Positions 1 to 9,954 of a stretch of DNA of 64,000 nt are shown in pieces (the stretch's first letter is position 1; each line of letters starts with the position of its first letter). Made by a program: the position numbers and the translations under genes. Location of the stretch: assembly GCA_944391865.1 (NCBI GenBank), contig CALXVD010000003.1, positions 6,375-70,374 of the forward strand. Direction: 5' to 3'. This DNA comes from an uncultured Clostridia bacterium (lineage in GTDB: Bacteria > Bacillota > Clostridia > TANB77 > CAG-508). The notes below the pieces were generated by a model that searched no databases, was not told the DNA's origin, and saw only the letters and a list, made by a program, of their open reading frames with translations.

Positions 1-1216
1 AACGGACATATCTGACACACAACAGCAAAACGCAGTAGCTCTTATCACAGTATATACCCTTGACAGCCGTAACTCAGAAGACAATCAAGAGCATACACTA
101 TACTATTGCATTGAATGTAATCCATATACAAACTTCTACGGCACTTCTATTTATGATAAGACTACAAATCAAGATGCGACTTCTGAGTATAAGACCAAAA
201 TAACTTTGAAAGAAGAAAAACAAAGCACTCATAACATTCCAACTTTTAGTGTATTTGAACCAGACCCACAAGTAAGTATCATTGACCCAATAATCTCGCT
301 AGTATCAAATTATGAAGAAATAATGAACAACCTAAATAATTTATATCACTATAATGATGCAGATGCGAAGTTAAAGATTTCTGGATACCGACCAGAAAAC
401 CCACTAACAATACCTAATCCAGACTTTGACCCTGAACAACCAATCTCATCTTCCAACCCAGAGAAGATATTAAACCCTGCACGTGAATTAGAGGACCAAT
501 ACCTTATCGACTCAAAAACATTCTACGTGCAAGAAGGAGGAGACGTAGGCTGGCTACTAAAAGAAATACACGCAGAGGATGCGACGAAGTATTTGAAATA
601 TTATGTTGACAGCATCTTCCAGATTTCGGGAATACCAAATACCTCAGACGCAGCGTTCAACTCAGGAGACATGAATGCTAGTGCCATAGACAGAAAATTT
701 TATACAATGGCGCTAATGTTAGACGACGTAAGACAAGGGGTTACAACCCTAATAAAACATAGATGGGCCAACTTCTTCGCAAGAATAAACTTAGTCTCTC
801 CAACTCATTATAATGTAGACGACATAACTATTGAAATAGGTACAAATTTACCATCAATGACAGATGAGACGATAAATCAACAATTAGCACTAAACGGTAT
901 TCTATCACAAAAAACGCTATTATCAAATCTTGGTTATGATTACGCTACAGAGAAGAAGAACAAGGAAGAAGAAACAGAAATACCATACGCCACAGTTACA
1001 CCAGATACGAACTTCGTATCACCAAACGATGTGGATTCTTTATCTTCTGCTGCTACCGACACCACACCTTCACAAAAAACTTCGACTACATCAACCACTT
1101 CTTCACAGACTAATAATCAGATTGAAGCAAGGACACAAAATAGCACACAAACAGTAAAAGATAGAACTAATAATATTAAAAAAACCCAAACAAGAGAGGG
1201 TAGACCTAATAAATGA
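1..1216 (+). CDS. Portal protein (SPP1 gp6-like), 3' partial; the frame is open from the window start, so the ATG at 206 is not the true start
   Basis: The frame is open from nt 2 with no stop codon. The C-terminal region (YTMALMLDDVRQG..KHRWANFFARINL) resembles phage portal proteins. An acidic, S/T-rich tail follows. Confidence 0.7.
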   Translation, partial: TDISDTQQQNAVALITVYTLDSRNSEDNQEHTLYYCIECNPYTNFYGTSIYDKTTNQDATSEYKTKITLKEEKQSTHNIPTFSVFEPDPQVSIIDPIISLVSNYEEIMNNLNNLYHYNDADAKLKISGYRPENPLTIPNPDFDPEQPISSSNPEKILNPARELEDQYLIDSKTFYVQEGGDVGWLLKEIHAEDATKYLKYYVDSIFQISGIPNTSDAAFNSGDMNASAIDRKFYTMALMLDDVRQGVTTLIKHRWANFFARINLVSPTHYNVDDITIEIGTNLPSMTDETINQQLALNGILSQKTLLSNLGYDYATEKKNKEEETEIPYATVTPDTNFVSPNDVDSLSSAATDTTPSQKTSTTSTTSSQTNNQIEARTQNSTQTVKDRTNNIKKTQTREGRPNK

Positions 1217-1310
1217 TAATAAATAATATATCACGTTATTAATTTTGATACCGGCACAAACACCGGTGTCAGATAAATATATAAAAATATTATAATAGGA
1301 GGATTTAAAC

Positions 1311-1985
1311 ATGAATGAAGATGAATTAAACCAAGGGGGAAACCAAAACATGGAGCAAGACCAAAACAATAACAACAATTTACCAAATTCAGTGGAAACA
1401 CCTACACCAAGTGAAACACAAAACTTAGATGTGTTACTTCAAGACCCAAAATTACAAGCTGAGTTTGATAAAAAATTAGAAAAAGCTATGAACAAAGCTA
1501 TAAGAGCGAAAGAGCAAGAGTTTGCTAAAAGAGAATCAGCACTTCAGGCGAGCATTTCTACTGAAAAAGAAAAAATGAGACAAAATATCTTAGAAGAAAT
1601 TGAACAAAAAAAGAAAGAAGCCGAGGAAATGGCCAAAATGTCAGTGGAAGAAAGGTACAAAAAGCAAATAGATAACCAAGAATTGAAGATTGCCGAATAT
1701 GAAAAAGAGTTATCTTTAATCAGAAGAAGGGATAAAATCGCAGAAGTAGTAAAAGAAAAGAATTATGACCCACGCTTATTATCATTACTTAGAGCCGAAG
1801 ACGTTTCAAGTGATGAAGAAATCGAAGATTATGTAGATAAAAGAAATCAAATTTTCTTAGAAGCTACAAATGCTAGAGTACAAACACTTCTAAAAGACCA
1901 CCCAGACGTATTATTAGGCGATTCTAAAAAGAAAAAGGCTGAGCCTGAGTTCAATTTTAACTTTACAAGTAAAAAATCACAATAA
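1311..1985 (+). CDS. Acidic coiled-coil protein, possible scaffolding protein
   Basis: Strong RBS (taggaggatttaaacATG). The protein is K/E-rich with heptad-like periodicity and sits downstream of the portal gene. Confidence 0.35.
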   Translation: MNEDELNQGGNQNMEQDQNNNNNLPNSVETPTPSETQNLDVLLQDPKLQAEFDKKLEKAMNKAIRAKEQEFAKRESALQASISTEKEKMRQNILEEIEQKKKEAEEMAKMSVEERYKKQIDNQELKIAEYEKELSLIRRRDKIAEVVKEKNYDPRLLSLLRAEDVSSDEEIEDYVDKRNQIFLEATNARVQTLLKDHPDVLLGDSKKKKAEPEFNFNFTSKKSQ

Positions 1986-2031
1986 TAAATACGTCAACTA
2001 TAAAAATAAAATTAAAAAGGAGGAGAATTAG

Positions 2032-2472
2032 ATGGCAAGCAGAAAAAAATCAACAAATTCAGAAGAAATCGTTGCTAAAATAGATATACCTGTAGAAGAA
2101 ACAGCTACAGAAATAGCAACAGATGAGTTAGTTTCAGAAGTAAGACCAGAAAAAGAAGAAACTACAGTTGAAATCGAGGAAAAACCTAAAAAAACTACTA
2201 AAAAATCACAAAAAATTCAAAAAACAGAGGAGAAAACACCAAAATATCCAATTGGCAGCATAGTTTTTGTGTCAAAAGATGCAGAAGCCGATTTAAATGG
2301 ATTTAAATTATTTCCACCATATAAAAAATCAACATATACTGTAGAGGCCTACAATCCAATTTCAGGCGTTTATTCTTTGAGGAGATTAAATTTATCATTG
2401 AAGCTAAAAGAAGCCGATATAGTGGCTCCTAATGAGCGTGCGCATGACCCAGTGAATAGAAAACAGTTTTAA
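2032..2472 (+). CDS. Hypothetical K/E-rich protein
   Basis: RBS aaaggaggagaatta before the ATG. No recognisable motifs. Confidence 0.3.
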   Translation: MASRKKSTNSEEIVAKIDIPVEETATEIATDELVSEVRPEKEETTVEIEEKPKKTTKKSQKIQKTEEKTPKYPIGSIVFVSKDAEADLNGFKLFPPYKKSTYTVEAYNPISGVYSLRRLNLSLKLKEADIVAPNERAHDPVNRKQF

Positions 2473-2499
2473 AATAAATTAAAATAGGAGGTAAGTATA

Positions 2500-2802
2500 A
2501 TGAATGAATTTATTAATATTGAAATTTTAGGTACAATCGCAGGATGTAGTGCGATAATCACATTACTTACTCAAGTATTTAAGCAATATTTACCAGAAAA
2601 ATTCGACACAAAGTGGCTTGCGCTAATATTTTCAGTGATAATCGGAGGATTAAGAATTATTTACGTAGGACAGTACGATTTTGCAGGAATTGTGTCTGGT
2701 ATAATTAATATATTTGTACTATTAGGTGTATCTATTGGTATTTATGAGGTAGGTACTTCTGTAGTAAATAAAATAACAGGAGGTTCAAACGATGCTAAAT
2801 AA
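2500..2802 (+). CDS. Holin (phiLC3/phage_holin_1-like)
   Basis: 100 aa with two or three TM segments and a charged C-terminus. It lies immediately upstream of the endolysin. RBS ataggaggtaagtataATG. Confidence 0.6.
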   Translation: MNEFINIEILGTIAGCSAIITLLTQVFKQYLPEKFDTKWLALIFSVIIGGLRIIYVGQYDFAGIVSGIINIFVLLGVSIGIYEVGTSVVNKITGGSNDAK

Positions 2803-2876
2803 TAAGAAAAAAGAAGAAGAAATCAAACAAGGAAATGGAGAACTCCAAAGAAATTTTGAAAAGGAGGAAAAAGAAA

Positions 2877-3959
2877 ATGGCTAAAAGGGGTATAGATATA
2901 AGTGCTCATCAAGGTAATATTGACCTAGAAGCACTAAAAAGTCAAATCGACTTCGTAATAATAAGAGTAGGATATGGTACAAAAGGTACTATAGACGCTA
3001 AATTTACTAGAAATGCTGATTTATGTCGCTCTTTAGGTATTCCAGTAGGATTTTATTGGTATTCATACGCGTTAGACATAGAAGGAGCTAAAAAAGAAGC
3101 TCAAGCTATGATAAATGCTATAGCACCATACAAAGACATAGTAAAATTTGGTGTATGGTTTGATATGGAAGACGCTGATGGATATAAAAAGAAAAATGGT
3201 ATGCCTTCAAATCAAACATTAAGACAAATGTGTGCTGCATTCTGTGAAGCTACAGAAAATGCAGGATATTATTCAGGAATATATGCTTCAGAAAGTTGGT
3301 TTAATAACCAATTAAAAGGAAGTGAAATAACTCCATATGATAAATGGATAGCTCAATGGCCTACAAGTGGAGGAAAACAAACTGGTCTAGATACTAGTGC
3401 TTCTAAAAGAAGCGACGTTCACTTATGGCAATTCACTTCACAAGGTAAATTTTCAGGATATTCAGGAAATCTTGATACAAACTATGCTTATTTAGATAAT
3501 TTCCCAAATCCAGGAAGTTCAACAGAACCTTCTACACCTACTCCTGAACCATCAACACCAGTTTCTACACAAAAATTTAATATTGGAGACAGAGTTGTGA
3601 TAAGTGGAAATCTATATACAAGCTCAAACGCTAAGTCACCAGCAGGTAGTGTATCTAAAACAACTACAAATATTACTAGATATGCGGCAGGAGCAGCTCA
3701 TCCATATAATACAACTGGAGATTTAGGTTGGATGAATGAGAGTGATATACAATTAGCTAGTAATGAAACACCTACTGCAATTGTGAAAGGATGTAAAGTT
3801 AAATTTACAGGTACAAAATCTTATTCTGGTATAAAATTAGCAAGTTGGACCACAAACAGTGTGTTTGACGTAATTGAAGTATCAGGAGATAGAGTAGTAA
3901 TAGGTAAAGGTACAGCAGTTACCGCAGCTGTTAATATGAAAGACTGTGTGAGAGTATAA
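2877..3959 (+). CDS. Endolysin: GH25 muramidase with C-terminal SH3b-like cell-wall-binding domain
   Basis: GIDISAHQG..IDF..FVIIRVGYG..DAKF and the DxE-containing GVWFDMEDADGYKK are GH25 signatures. The start is probably the ATG at 2877, 9 nt after AAGGAGG; the track start at 2835 lacks an RBS. A P/T-rich linker precedes a C-terminal beta domain. Confidence 0.8.
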   Translation: MAKRGIDISAHQGNIDLEALKSQIDFVIIRVGYGTKGTIDAKFTRNADLCRSLGIPVGFYWYSYALDIEGAKKEAQAMINAIAPYKDIVKFGVWFDMEDADGYKKKNGMPSNQTLRQMCAAFCEATENAGYYSGIYASESWFNNQLKGSEITPYDKWIAQWPTSGGKQTGLDTSASKRSDVHLWQFTSQGKFSGYSGNLDTNYAYLDNFPNPGSSTEPSTPTPEPSTPVSTQKFNIGDRVVISGNLYTSSNAKSPAGSVSKTTTNITRYAAGAAHPYNTTGDLGWMNESDIQLASNETPTAIVKGCKVKFTGTKSYSGIKLASWTTNSVFDVIEVSGDRVVIGKGTAVTAAVNMKDCVRV

Positions 3960-3962
3960 TTA

Positions 3963-3986
3963 AAGGCGGGATAACCCGCCTTTTAG
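3963..3986 (+). terminator. Rho-independent terminator after the lysis cassette
   Basis: aaaggcggg-ataa-cccgccttt hairpin followed by a T-run. Confidence 0.7.
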
Positions 3987-4004
3987 TTTAATTTAATAGG
4001 AGGA

Positions 4005-4283
4005 TTGTGTATGGCTAAATTTAAAATGAAACCGATGATAGTTGAAGCTGTCACTTTTGATGAACTTATTCAATATGGCCTAGAGCATACAAATAATGTT
4101 TATAATAATATGCCTTGGTCATTTGAATTTATGAGTATTCCAGTAACTCATAAAACGGATGATTGTTACATTGTTGGCACAGAAAGATTTACAAAAAATC
4201 ATCTATTGGTAATAAAAGATAATGAAATATCAGTCGTGGAAAAAGACGCGTTTGATTTAATTAGTGAGCCTTTGGAGGAATAA
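4005..4283 (+). CDS. Hypothetical protein
   Basis: RBS ataggaggattgtgtATG. No motifs. Confidence 0.3.
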   Translation: MCMAKFKMKPMIVEAVTFDELIQYGLEHTNNVYNNMPWSFEFMSIPVTHKTDDCYIVGTERFTKNHLLVIKDNEISVVEKDAFDLISEPLEE

Positions 4284-4286
4284 ATT

Positions 4287-4808
4287 ATGAAATTAAAGTG
4301 GCAGTGGTTTTTAGGAGGTCCAATTATGTTTTGGGTAGGAATTATATTATTTATTCTTCTTTTTATATTGTTTACACTTACTTATTTTGTAGATATAACT
4401 TCTTTCAGTACAAAATCTCGAAAAGAGATAGATACAAAAATTATTTCAGATATATCAGAAGAATATGTGAAAAATCTTGGTATGATTATAAATAAACCAA
4501 TTGAATATAAATTTGTTCACTTTAATTATAATGATAAAGCTGAAGATGAAGTTTTATTAGGCACATTTCATGAATGGAATAAAACTTATTATATAAATAT
4601 TTCTATTGATTTATACGAAAAACCAGATTTACTAAAAGATATTGTAATTCATGAAACTCGACATATGGTAGTAGAATATTTAAATGATGAAGATATTATA
4701 GATTTGACTAAATATACTGAAAACATTGCCCAAGGGGAAGATATTTATTATAATAATTTATTCGACAGTGGTGTATATTTATGGAAAAAGGAGAATGAAA
4801 ATGGTTAA
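4287..4808 (+). CDS. Membrane-anchored protein with an HExxH motif (putative Zn-metallopeptidase)
   Basis: N-terminal TM helix. IVIHETRHMV carries an HExxH motif. Confidence 0.35.
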   Translation: MKLKWQWFLGGPIMFWVGIILFILLFILFTLTYFVDITSFSTKSRKEIDTKIISDISEEYVKNLGMIINKPIEYKFVHFNYNDKAEDEVLLGTFHEWNKTYYINISIDLYEKPDLLKDIVIHETRHMVVEYLNDEDIIDLTKYTENIAQGEDIYYNNLFDSGVYLWKKENENG

Positions 4809-5247
4809 ATTTGAAAAAGTAAAAAGAATGAAAGAAGATATAAAACTTCCAGAGCGTTCCACATTAAATAGTGCTGGATATGATTTTTTCGCATTAGAAG
4901 ATATAATATTTAATCCAGAAACAATTACTAGAGTATTCACAGGTGTTAAATGTGAATTAATGCCTAATCAAGTATTAATTTTGGCAAATCGTTCATCTAA
5001 TCCAAGTAAAAAAGGATTAATATTATTAAATGGAATTGGTGTAGTAGATGCTGATTATTATGGAAATCCTGATAATGACGGGGAAATAGCATTTGAATTT
5101 TATAATATGTTAGATGAAATAGTAGAGATTAAAAAAGGAGAAAAACTTGGTCAAGGTATTATTTTAAAGTTTGATAAAACTGAAGATGATTATGTTTCAG
5201 ACCCTTATAAAACAAGAGCTGGAGGCTTTGGTAGCACAGGAAAATAA
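4801..5247 (+). CDS. dut: dUTPase
   Basis: Motifs SAGYDFFA and GVVDADYYGNPDNDGEIAF match dUTPase. The start is taken at the ATG at 4801 after aaaaaggagaatgaaa; the track ORF begins earlier inside the preceding gene. Confidence 0.8.
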   Translation: MVKFEKVKRMKEDIKLPERSTLNSAGYDFFALEDIIFNPETITRVFTGVKCELMPNQVLILANRSSNPSKKGLILLNGIGVVDADYYGNPDNDGEIAFEFYNMLDEIVEIKKGEKLGQGIILKFDKTEDDYVSDPYKTRAGGFGSTGK

Positions 5248-5305
5248 ATACTTGTACTCCATTTGAAAAAAATAATAAAATAAAGTATACTGTTATTATA
5301 AGCAA

Positions 5306-5345
5306 AATCACAATTGACTAATTTATGTAATAGCAATTCAATTGT
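5306..5345 (+). promoter_or_regulatory. Putative sigma-A type promoter flanked by an 8-bp inverted repeat (possible operator)
   Basis: TTGACT-N17-TTCAAT. The inverted repeat cacaattg..caattgtg flanks it. Confidence 0.3.
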
Positions 5346-5375
5346 GTTAGATTGGATAGCAGTATCGGATTTAGT

Positions 5376-5405
5376 CAGATTGTGTTAAGCAATCTGATTT
5401 TTATA
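5376..5405 (+). terminator. Rho-independent terminator-like hairpin
   Basis: cagattg-tgttaag-caatctg followed by atttttatattt. Confidence 0.5.
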
Positions 5406-5426
5406 TTTGAAAAAGGAGGAAACAGT

Positions 5427-6344
5427 ATGCTTACAACAGATATAACAGTAGAAAACATAGTAGAAAAAACGAAACGTATGTTGGGGAAAAATTATAGAGG
5501 TGATACAGAGGTTGTACCTGTTTATTCAACGTTTTCTCCAATTGAAGGACATACAGACTCGTTTTTAACTATATCTAATGGTAGTTTTACTAACGAAGAA
5601 ATCACTTTAATTCAAGATAAAGTAAAAAATTATGCGTGGTGGATAGCAAACAAAGGATTTTTAGTGAACAGTGCAAGGCAAGAAATTCCAGCATTATTTA
5701 TATTTGGTTCAGAAGTTGGAAATGTTACACCAGATGTTTTAAATTTTAATGGATTAACTAGCAATAGTTTTTATCTACCAATAAACAGAACAGATACAAA
5801 AGGTGATGTAAATAATTCATCAAACCATGTATATGTTCAGTTTATGTTAGATGAAGAATTAATAAAATACGAAACAGATATAACAGGAACTAATCATGGA
5901 ATAATTGAAATAGACGAGGTTAGCTATGAATTTTATCCAGGACGTCTATATCCAGAGGATAGAGTTATTATAGAAAACAATATAACATATCCTATCCATT
6001 TAATTTCTAATTTAGAGTATTATTATATACCAACTGTTGGAGAAGAAGGAGAACCTTTAGAAGGAGCTCATGATTTTGAACCAACAGAAAGAAATAATTT
6101 AGAAATACTAGAAGATGTATGTGAAATGGTTATACATGAAGCTGCTCAATGGACAAATAGATTAATTAACACCAGGTTTTTGAATGATTGTTGGCCAGTA
6201 ATAGTAAAATGTTCATGTATGGCATATTTGAACAGAGGTGCAGAAGGATTAGCTTCACAATCTGAATTAGGACAACAAAATGTATATAATGACTGGGTGA
6301 CACTTATGCATCAACAAATAACAAATAGAAGATATTTATTATAA
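5427..6344 (+). CDS. Hypothetical structural protein
   Basis: The start is taken at the ATG after aaaaggaggaaacagt. No firm motif. Confidence 0.3.
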   Translation: MLTTDITVENIVEKTKRMLGKNYRGDTEVVPVYSTFSPIEGHTDSFLTISNGSFTNEEITLIQDKVKNYAWWIANKGFLVNSARQEIPALFIFGSEVGNVTPDVLNFNGLTSNSFYLPINRTDTKGDVNNSSNHVYVQFMLDEELIKYETDITGTNHGIIEIDEVSYEFYPGRLYPEDRVIIENNITYPIHLISNLEYYYIPTVGEEGEPLEGAHDFEPTERNNLEILEDVCEMVIHEAAQWTNRLINTRFLNDCWPVIVKCSCMAYLNRGAEGLASQSELGQQNVYNDWVTLMHQQITNRRYLL

Positions 6345-6355
6345 AGGAGGTAACT

Positions 6356-6775
6356 ATGGACCAAGCATATGAATTAAGTAAAGCACTACCAAATAAATGG
6401 TTAAATCCAGACGGTAGTATAACAGACAGTCAAGGAAATATTATTTCACCAGCTACAACAACTATGGCAGCAGTTTATAAGACTTCAAAATCTATAGTTA
6501 ATAAATTTATAGACGTAGACGGTGAAACAAAAACTTATGAACAAATATCTATGGATATTTTCGTACCAGTAGATAAATTACCTGAAACAGGTGAAAAAAA
6601 TAAAATTTATTTAGTGCCAGCTGAAAATGGTACATTTGATGAATATTATTGGATAAACGATAAATGGGAGCTACTAGGAAATGTATCTTTAGATTTATCT
6701 GATTATCCAACATTTGAGCAAATGAATGCAGCTATAAATGAAGCTATTTATGGAGCATTAGGAGGTGAGTATTAA
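6356..6775 (+). CDS. Hypothetical protein
   Basis: RBS aaggaggtaactATG. Confidence 0.3.
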   Translation: MDQAYELSKALPNKWLNPDGSITDSQGNIISPATTTMAAVYKTSKSIVNKFIDVDGETKTYEQISMDIFVPVDKLPETGEKNKIYLVPAENGTFDEYYWINDKWELLGNVSLDLSDYPTFEQMNAAINEAIYGALGGEY

Positions 6776-8337
6776 TGGCAGATACAAGTAATTTAACTAA
6801 TTATTTAACAGATGTGGCAGATGCAATTAGAGAAAAAAAAGGAACAGATGCGCAAATACCAGCTGCTAATTTTGATACAGAGATATTAAGTATATCGACA
6901 GGTTTAAATACTTGGGACGCTACGGCAACTGCAAATGATATTATTTCTGGTAAAACTGCATATGTTAAAGGTCAGAAAATAACAGGTGCTATTGCGGAAG
7001 AAACAGAAAATATAGGAACTAATATTATGAATTATACTTTATCAAAATTTGCAAATGGTGAAGTGTTTGGTATAAACAGTGATAATATAGTTTTATACAA
7101 TGATACTCAGAATAGGTTAACGATAGGACGTATAGCAGATGATTACACAGGAGTTAGTGTGATTAACGCCTTAACCATTACTGGTGCAACAATAGCTTGT
7201 ATATCTAATTTTTATCAAGTTTCTACTGAAACTGAAATTGCAGCTGTTTTATATAATACACCAGATGAAAACTTGAAATTAGCTACATTATCTAAAACGG
7301 GAGAGAGTTATACATTTACAGAAGTTTCTGATATAGAAAAAATCATAGTGGGGTCAACTCAATTTAATAACTGTAACGGATTAGGTGTATATTGTGATGT
7401 AGACAATATATATCTTTGTATCACTTATCCGATTTATAATGACAGACAGTTTATACCTAGTATGTATAAAATAACTATTTCTGATAGTTTAGAAAATAAA
7501 ATTTCGTATGAGTTATTAGCAGTATCTTCTGATAGGATATATTACGCTAATAGTAATAATAGTACTTTACCTGTAAATATTCAAATGGTAAAAAACAATT
7601 CTAGAATTTCTATGGGGTTCTGGTCATCAGAATTTCATTATATATCAGGTGGTTATACAATAGGAGGAACTTTTGTAGCAGACCTTGTTAGTTTTGCAGA
7701 TTACTTCTATTTTGCTCATGGAAATAATTTAGAATTGTGTACAATAACACAGATAGATGATGTTTGGACATTAAGTATGGGGAGTAAACAAATTCCTATC
7801 TCCATATCAAAAAATCCTAATTATTATTATATGTATAAATGTAATAATTTTTATATTGTAATAGCTTATGTAAGTGGAGATGCTTGTTATTTATATTTTG
7901 TAGATAATAATACATTAGATTTATTAAAAACAGAAGTTGTAGAACCTGTACTTCTTAAGAGGTATCCAATAATTCTTAGTGATAATGTTATACTTAGAAA
8001 TGATAATGTTAATTTAATTTTATATAATTATGATACTTCTGCTACTAGAAGATTAAGTTTAAATGATGGTGAATATACATATTACAATACATATGACAGC
8101 GATGTGCTAACAAATAATATATTAATCGACAAAATAGCTTATAATGCTGATGGAAAAGTTGTTGGTACTATGCCAAATAATGGAGAATTAACTTATAATT
8201 CTTCTACCGAAGTACAAACTATTCCAGAAGGATATACATCAGGAGGAACAATTGCAGCCGCACCATTAAGTGATACAGAATATGAAGAATGTTTAGATTT
8301 ATCAGAACAAATATTAGGGGAAAATGCTTCATTGTAA
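6775..8337 (+). CDS. Fibre-like protein with an N-terminal ATANDI..KTAYV.G.KITG module (head or tail fibre candidate)
   Basis: The N-terminal motif is shared with the ORF at 9407. The rest is N/Y/T-rich and beta-rich. Confidence 0.4.
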   Translation: MADTSNLTNYLTDVADAIREKKGTDAQIPAANFDTEILSISTGLNTWDATATANDIISGKTAYVKGQKITGAIAEETENIGTNIMNYTLSKFANGEVFGINSDNIVLYNDTQNRLTIGRIADDYTGVSVINALTITGATIACISNFYQVSTETEIAAVLYNTPDENLKLATLSKTGESYTFTEVSDIEKIIVGSTQFNNCNGLGVYCDVDNIYLCITYPIYNDRQFIPSMYKITISDSLENKISYELLAVSSDRIYYANSNNSTLPVNIQMVKNNSRISMGFWSSEFHYISGGYTIGGTFVADLVSFADYFYFAHGNNLELCTITQIDDVWTLSMGSKQIPISISKNPNYYYMYKCNNFYIVIAYVSGDACYLYFVDNNTLDLLKTEVVEPVLLKRYPIILSDNVILRNDNVNLILYNYDTSATRRLSLNDGEYTYYNTYDSDVLTNNILIDKIAYNADGKVVGTMPNNGELTYNSSTEVQTIPEGYTSGGTIAAAPLSDTEYEECLDLSEQILGENASL

Positions 8338-8363
8338 ATAAAAGAGAAAGGATTGTATAATAT

Positions 8364-8594
8364 ATGTTAAAAAAATTTAAAAATTTGGATAATATAGATA
8401 AAGCATTAATAATAATCACAATTATTATTATGGTCCTTTTAATAGGAAATTTAATTATAAGTATAAAGCATATAAGTCAATTTAATTCTATAAGAAACTC
8501 TGGTAATGACAGATGGTTTCAAGTGGAAGAAAGAATAGTTACGTATGAACATAAAGTAGACCAACTAGAAGAACAGATTAAAAATCTAAAATAA
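8364..8594 (+). CDS. Small single-TM protein with a coiled coil
   Basis: 76 aa with a TM segment IIITIIIMVLLIGNLII. Confidence 0.3.
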   Translation: MLKKFKNLDNIDKALIIITIIIMVLLIGNLIISIKHISQFNSIRNSGNDRWFQVEERIVTYEHKVDQLEEQIKNLK

Positions 8595-8607
8595 AGGAGG
8601 AGCCAGT

Positions 8608-9390
8608 GTGGAGTGGGCAGAATTAGCTAAAATATATGTTGAAATAGGTATCCTTGGTCTATGTGGTATTCTCACAGTAATGATAGCTTATCTTGGTTTT
8701 AAAAGGTCAAAAGAAGATAATAAAAATAAAGATAAAAGATTAGAAAATAATCAAGATAAGCTAGACAATAGATTTGACGCTATGTTAAAAATGATACAAG
8801 AGCAAAATCGTGCTTTTCAAGAGCAGCAGTTGAAAAATAACGAAATGCTTATAAATAATATAGTGCAAGGTGTAACAAATCACGTTCCTTCTTCAGAAGA
8901 AAATACAAAATTAACTAGAATAACAGAAGAAATAGATAAAACATTACAACAATTATTGATATACACTGACGCAGATAGAGTTGACTTAGTCCAATATCAC
9001 AATGGTGGTAAAGGAGTAAATAAACAAAGTTTTCTGAAAATGTCTATGACAAATGAACAAGTAAAAATTGGAGTAAAACCTTTTATGTCTGAGTTTAAAG
9101 ACCAGTTTAGGTCTGTAATAGCTTATATAACAAGGTCTTTGAATGAAAAAGGTTTTTGCTATATCAATGACGCAGAAGAAGTAAAAGAGAAGGACCCTGG
9201 TACATATGAATTTTTAATAAATAGAGGTATTGAATCAAAATATTGTATGGCAATACATAATACACAAGACGGTTCTGTTATCGCTTTTGTGTGTGTAGAA
9301 TACATTAAAAAAGAAACTGCTAGACCAGATTTAGTAAATAAAGTATTTAAAGAAAAGCAAAATGTTTTTGAAACATTATTAAATTTATAA
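8608..9390 (+). CDS. Membrane-anchored protein (GTG start)
   Basis: GTG start after aaaggaggagcca. One N-terminal TM helix and a cytoplasmic domain. Function unknown. Confidence 0.3.
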   Translation: MEWAELAKIYVEIGILGLCGILTVMIAYLGFKRSKEDNKNKDKRLENNQDKLDNRFDAMLKMIQEQNRAFQEQQLKNNEMLINNIVQGVTNHVPSSEENTKLTRITEEIDKTLQQLLIYTDADRVDLVQYHNGGKGVNKQSFLKMSMTNEQVKIGVKPFMSEFKDQFRSVIAYITRSLNEKGFCYINDAEEVKEKDPGTYEFLINRGIESKYCMAIHNTQDGSVIAFVCVEYIKKETARPDLVNKVFKEKQNVFETLLNL

Positions 9391-9406
9391 AAGAAAGGAG
9401 AAAATT

Positions 9407-9892
9407 ATGTCAGATTTAAAAACTAACTTGCAAGAAATATTACAAGAAAAGCAAGACAAGATTATCCCAGAGAATATCAAAAAAGATGTGCAAATATTAG
9501 GTGTAACTGGTACTATGGAAGGTGGTGTAGATACATCAGACGCAAATGCTACAGCAAATGATATAGTTAAAGATAAAACTGCGTATGTAAATGGAGAAAA
9601 AATAACAGGTACATTTGCGCCCGAAGACGAACTACAAATACCATCTATTGTTGACCGACAAGAAAATATAACATTTGGAGACGATGGTTTTGGAAATCAA
9701 TCTGTAATATTTACCGGTGCTAGTACTAGATGGTATACACCAAAATATATCAACAATGTAATACCCATAGTTAGCGTTGACCAAAGCATGGTTGCAGCTG
9801 CTATAGGTCTTACTGCTGATAAAATTAAAGCTGGAGAAACAATTTTAGGAGTAACTGGTACATATACTGGAGAAAATGATACAAGTTTATAA
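9407..9892 (+). CDS. Paralogous fibre-module protein (ATANDIV..KTAYVNGEKITG)
   Basis: Shares an N-terminal ~45-aa module with the ORF at 6775..8337. Confidence 0.4.
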   Translation: MSDLKTNLQEILQEKQDKIIPENIKKDVQILGVTGTMEGGVDTSDANATANDIVKDKTAYVNGEKITGTFAPEDELQIPSIVDRQENITFGDDGFGNQSVIFTGASTRWYTPKYINNVIPIVSVDQSMVAAAIGLTADKIKAGETILGVTGTYTGENDTSL

Positions 9893-9899
9893 AAAATAG

Positions 9900-9928
9900 T
9901 CGACATTTTGATATTTATGCTGTATAAT
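9900..9928 (+). promoter_or_regulatory. Sigma-A-like promoter
   Basis: TCGACA-N17-TATAAT upstream of 9955. Confidence 0.5.
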
Positions 9929-9954
9929 AGTCACAGAAAGGAAGAAATATCAAA

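Noticed and set aside
206-1216. ATG at 206 as the portal gene start
   Set aside because: The frame is open from the first base of the window with no stop and no RBS before 206. The gene continues upstream of the window.
930-1378. ORFs 930..1157 (+) and 1103..1378 (-) overlapping the portal gene
   Set aside because: They are nested or antisense within a well-supported gene, have low-complexity translations and no RBS. I treat them as spurious.
4298-4495. 65-aa ORF in an alternate frame of 4287..4808
   Set aside because: Its translation is Tyr/Asn/Phe-rich, which is typical of an off-frame read of AT-rich coding sequence.
8219-8419. Minus-strand 66-aa ORF across the 6775..8337 / 8364 junction
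   Set aside because: It is antisense to coding sequence, Leu/Ile/Phe-rich and has no RBS.
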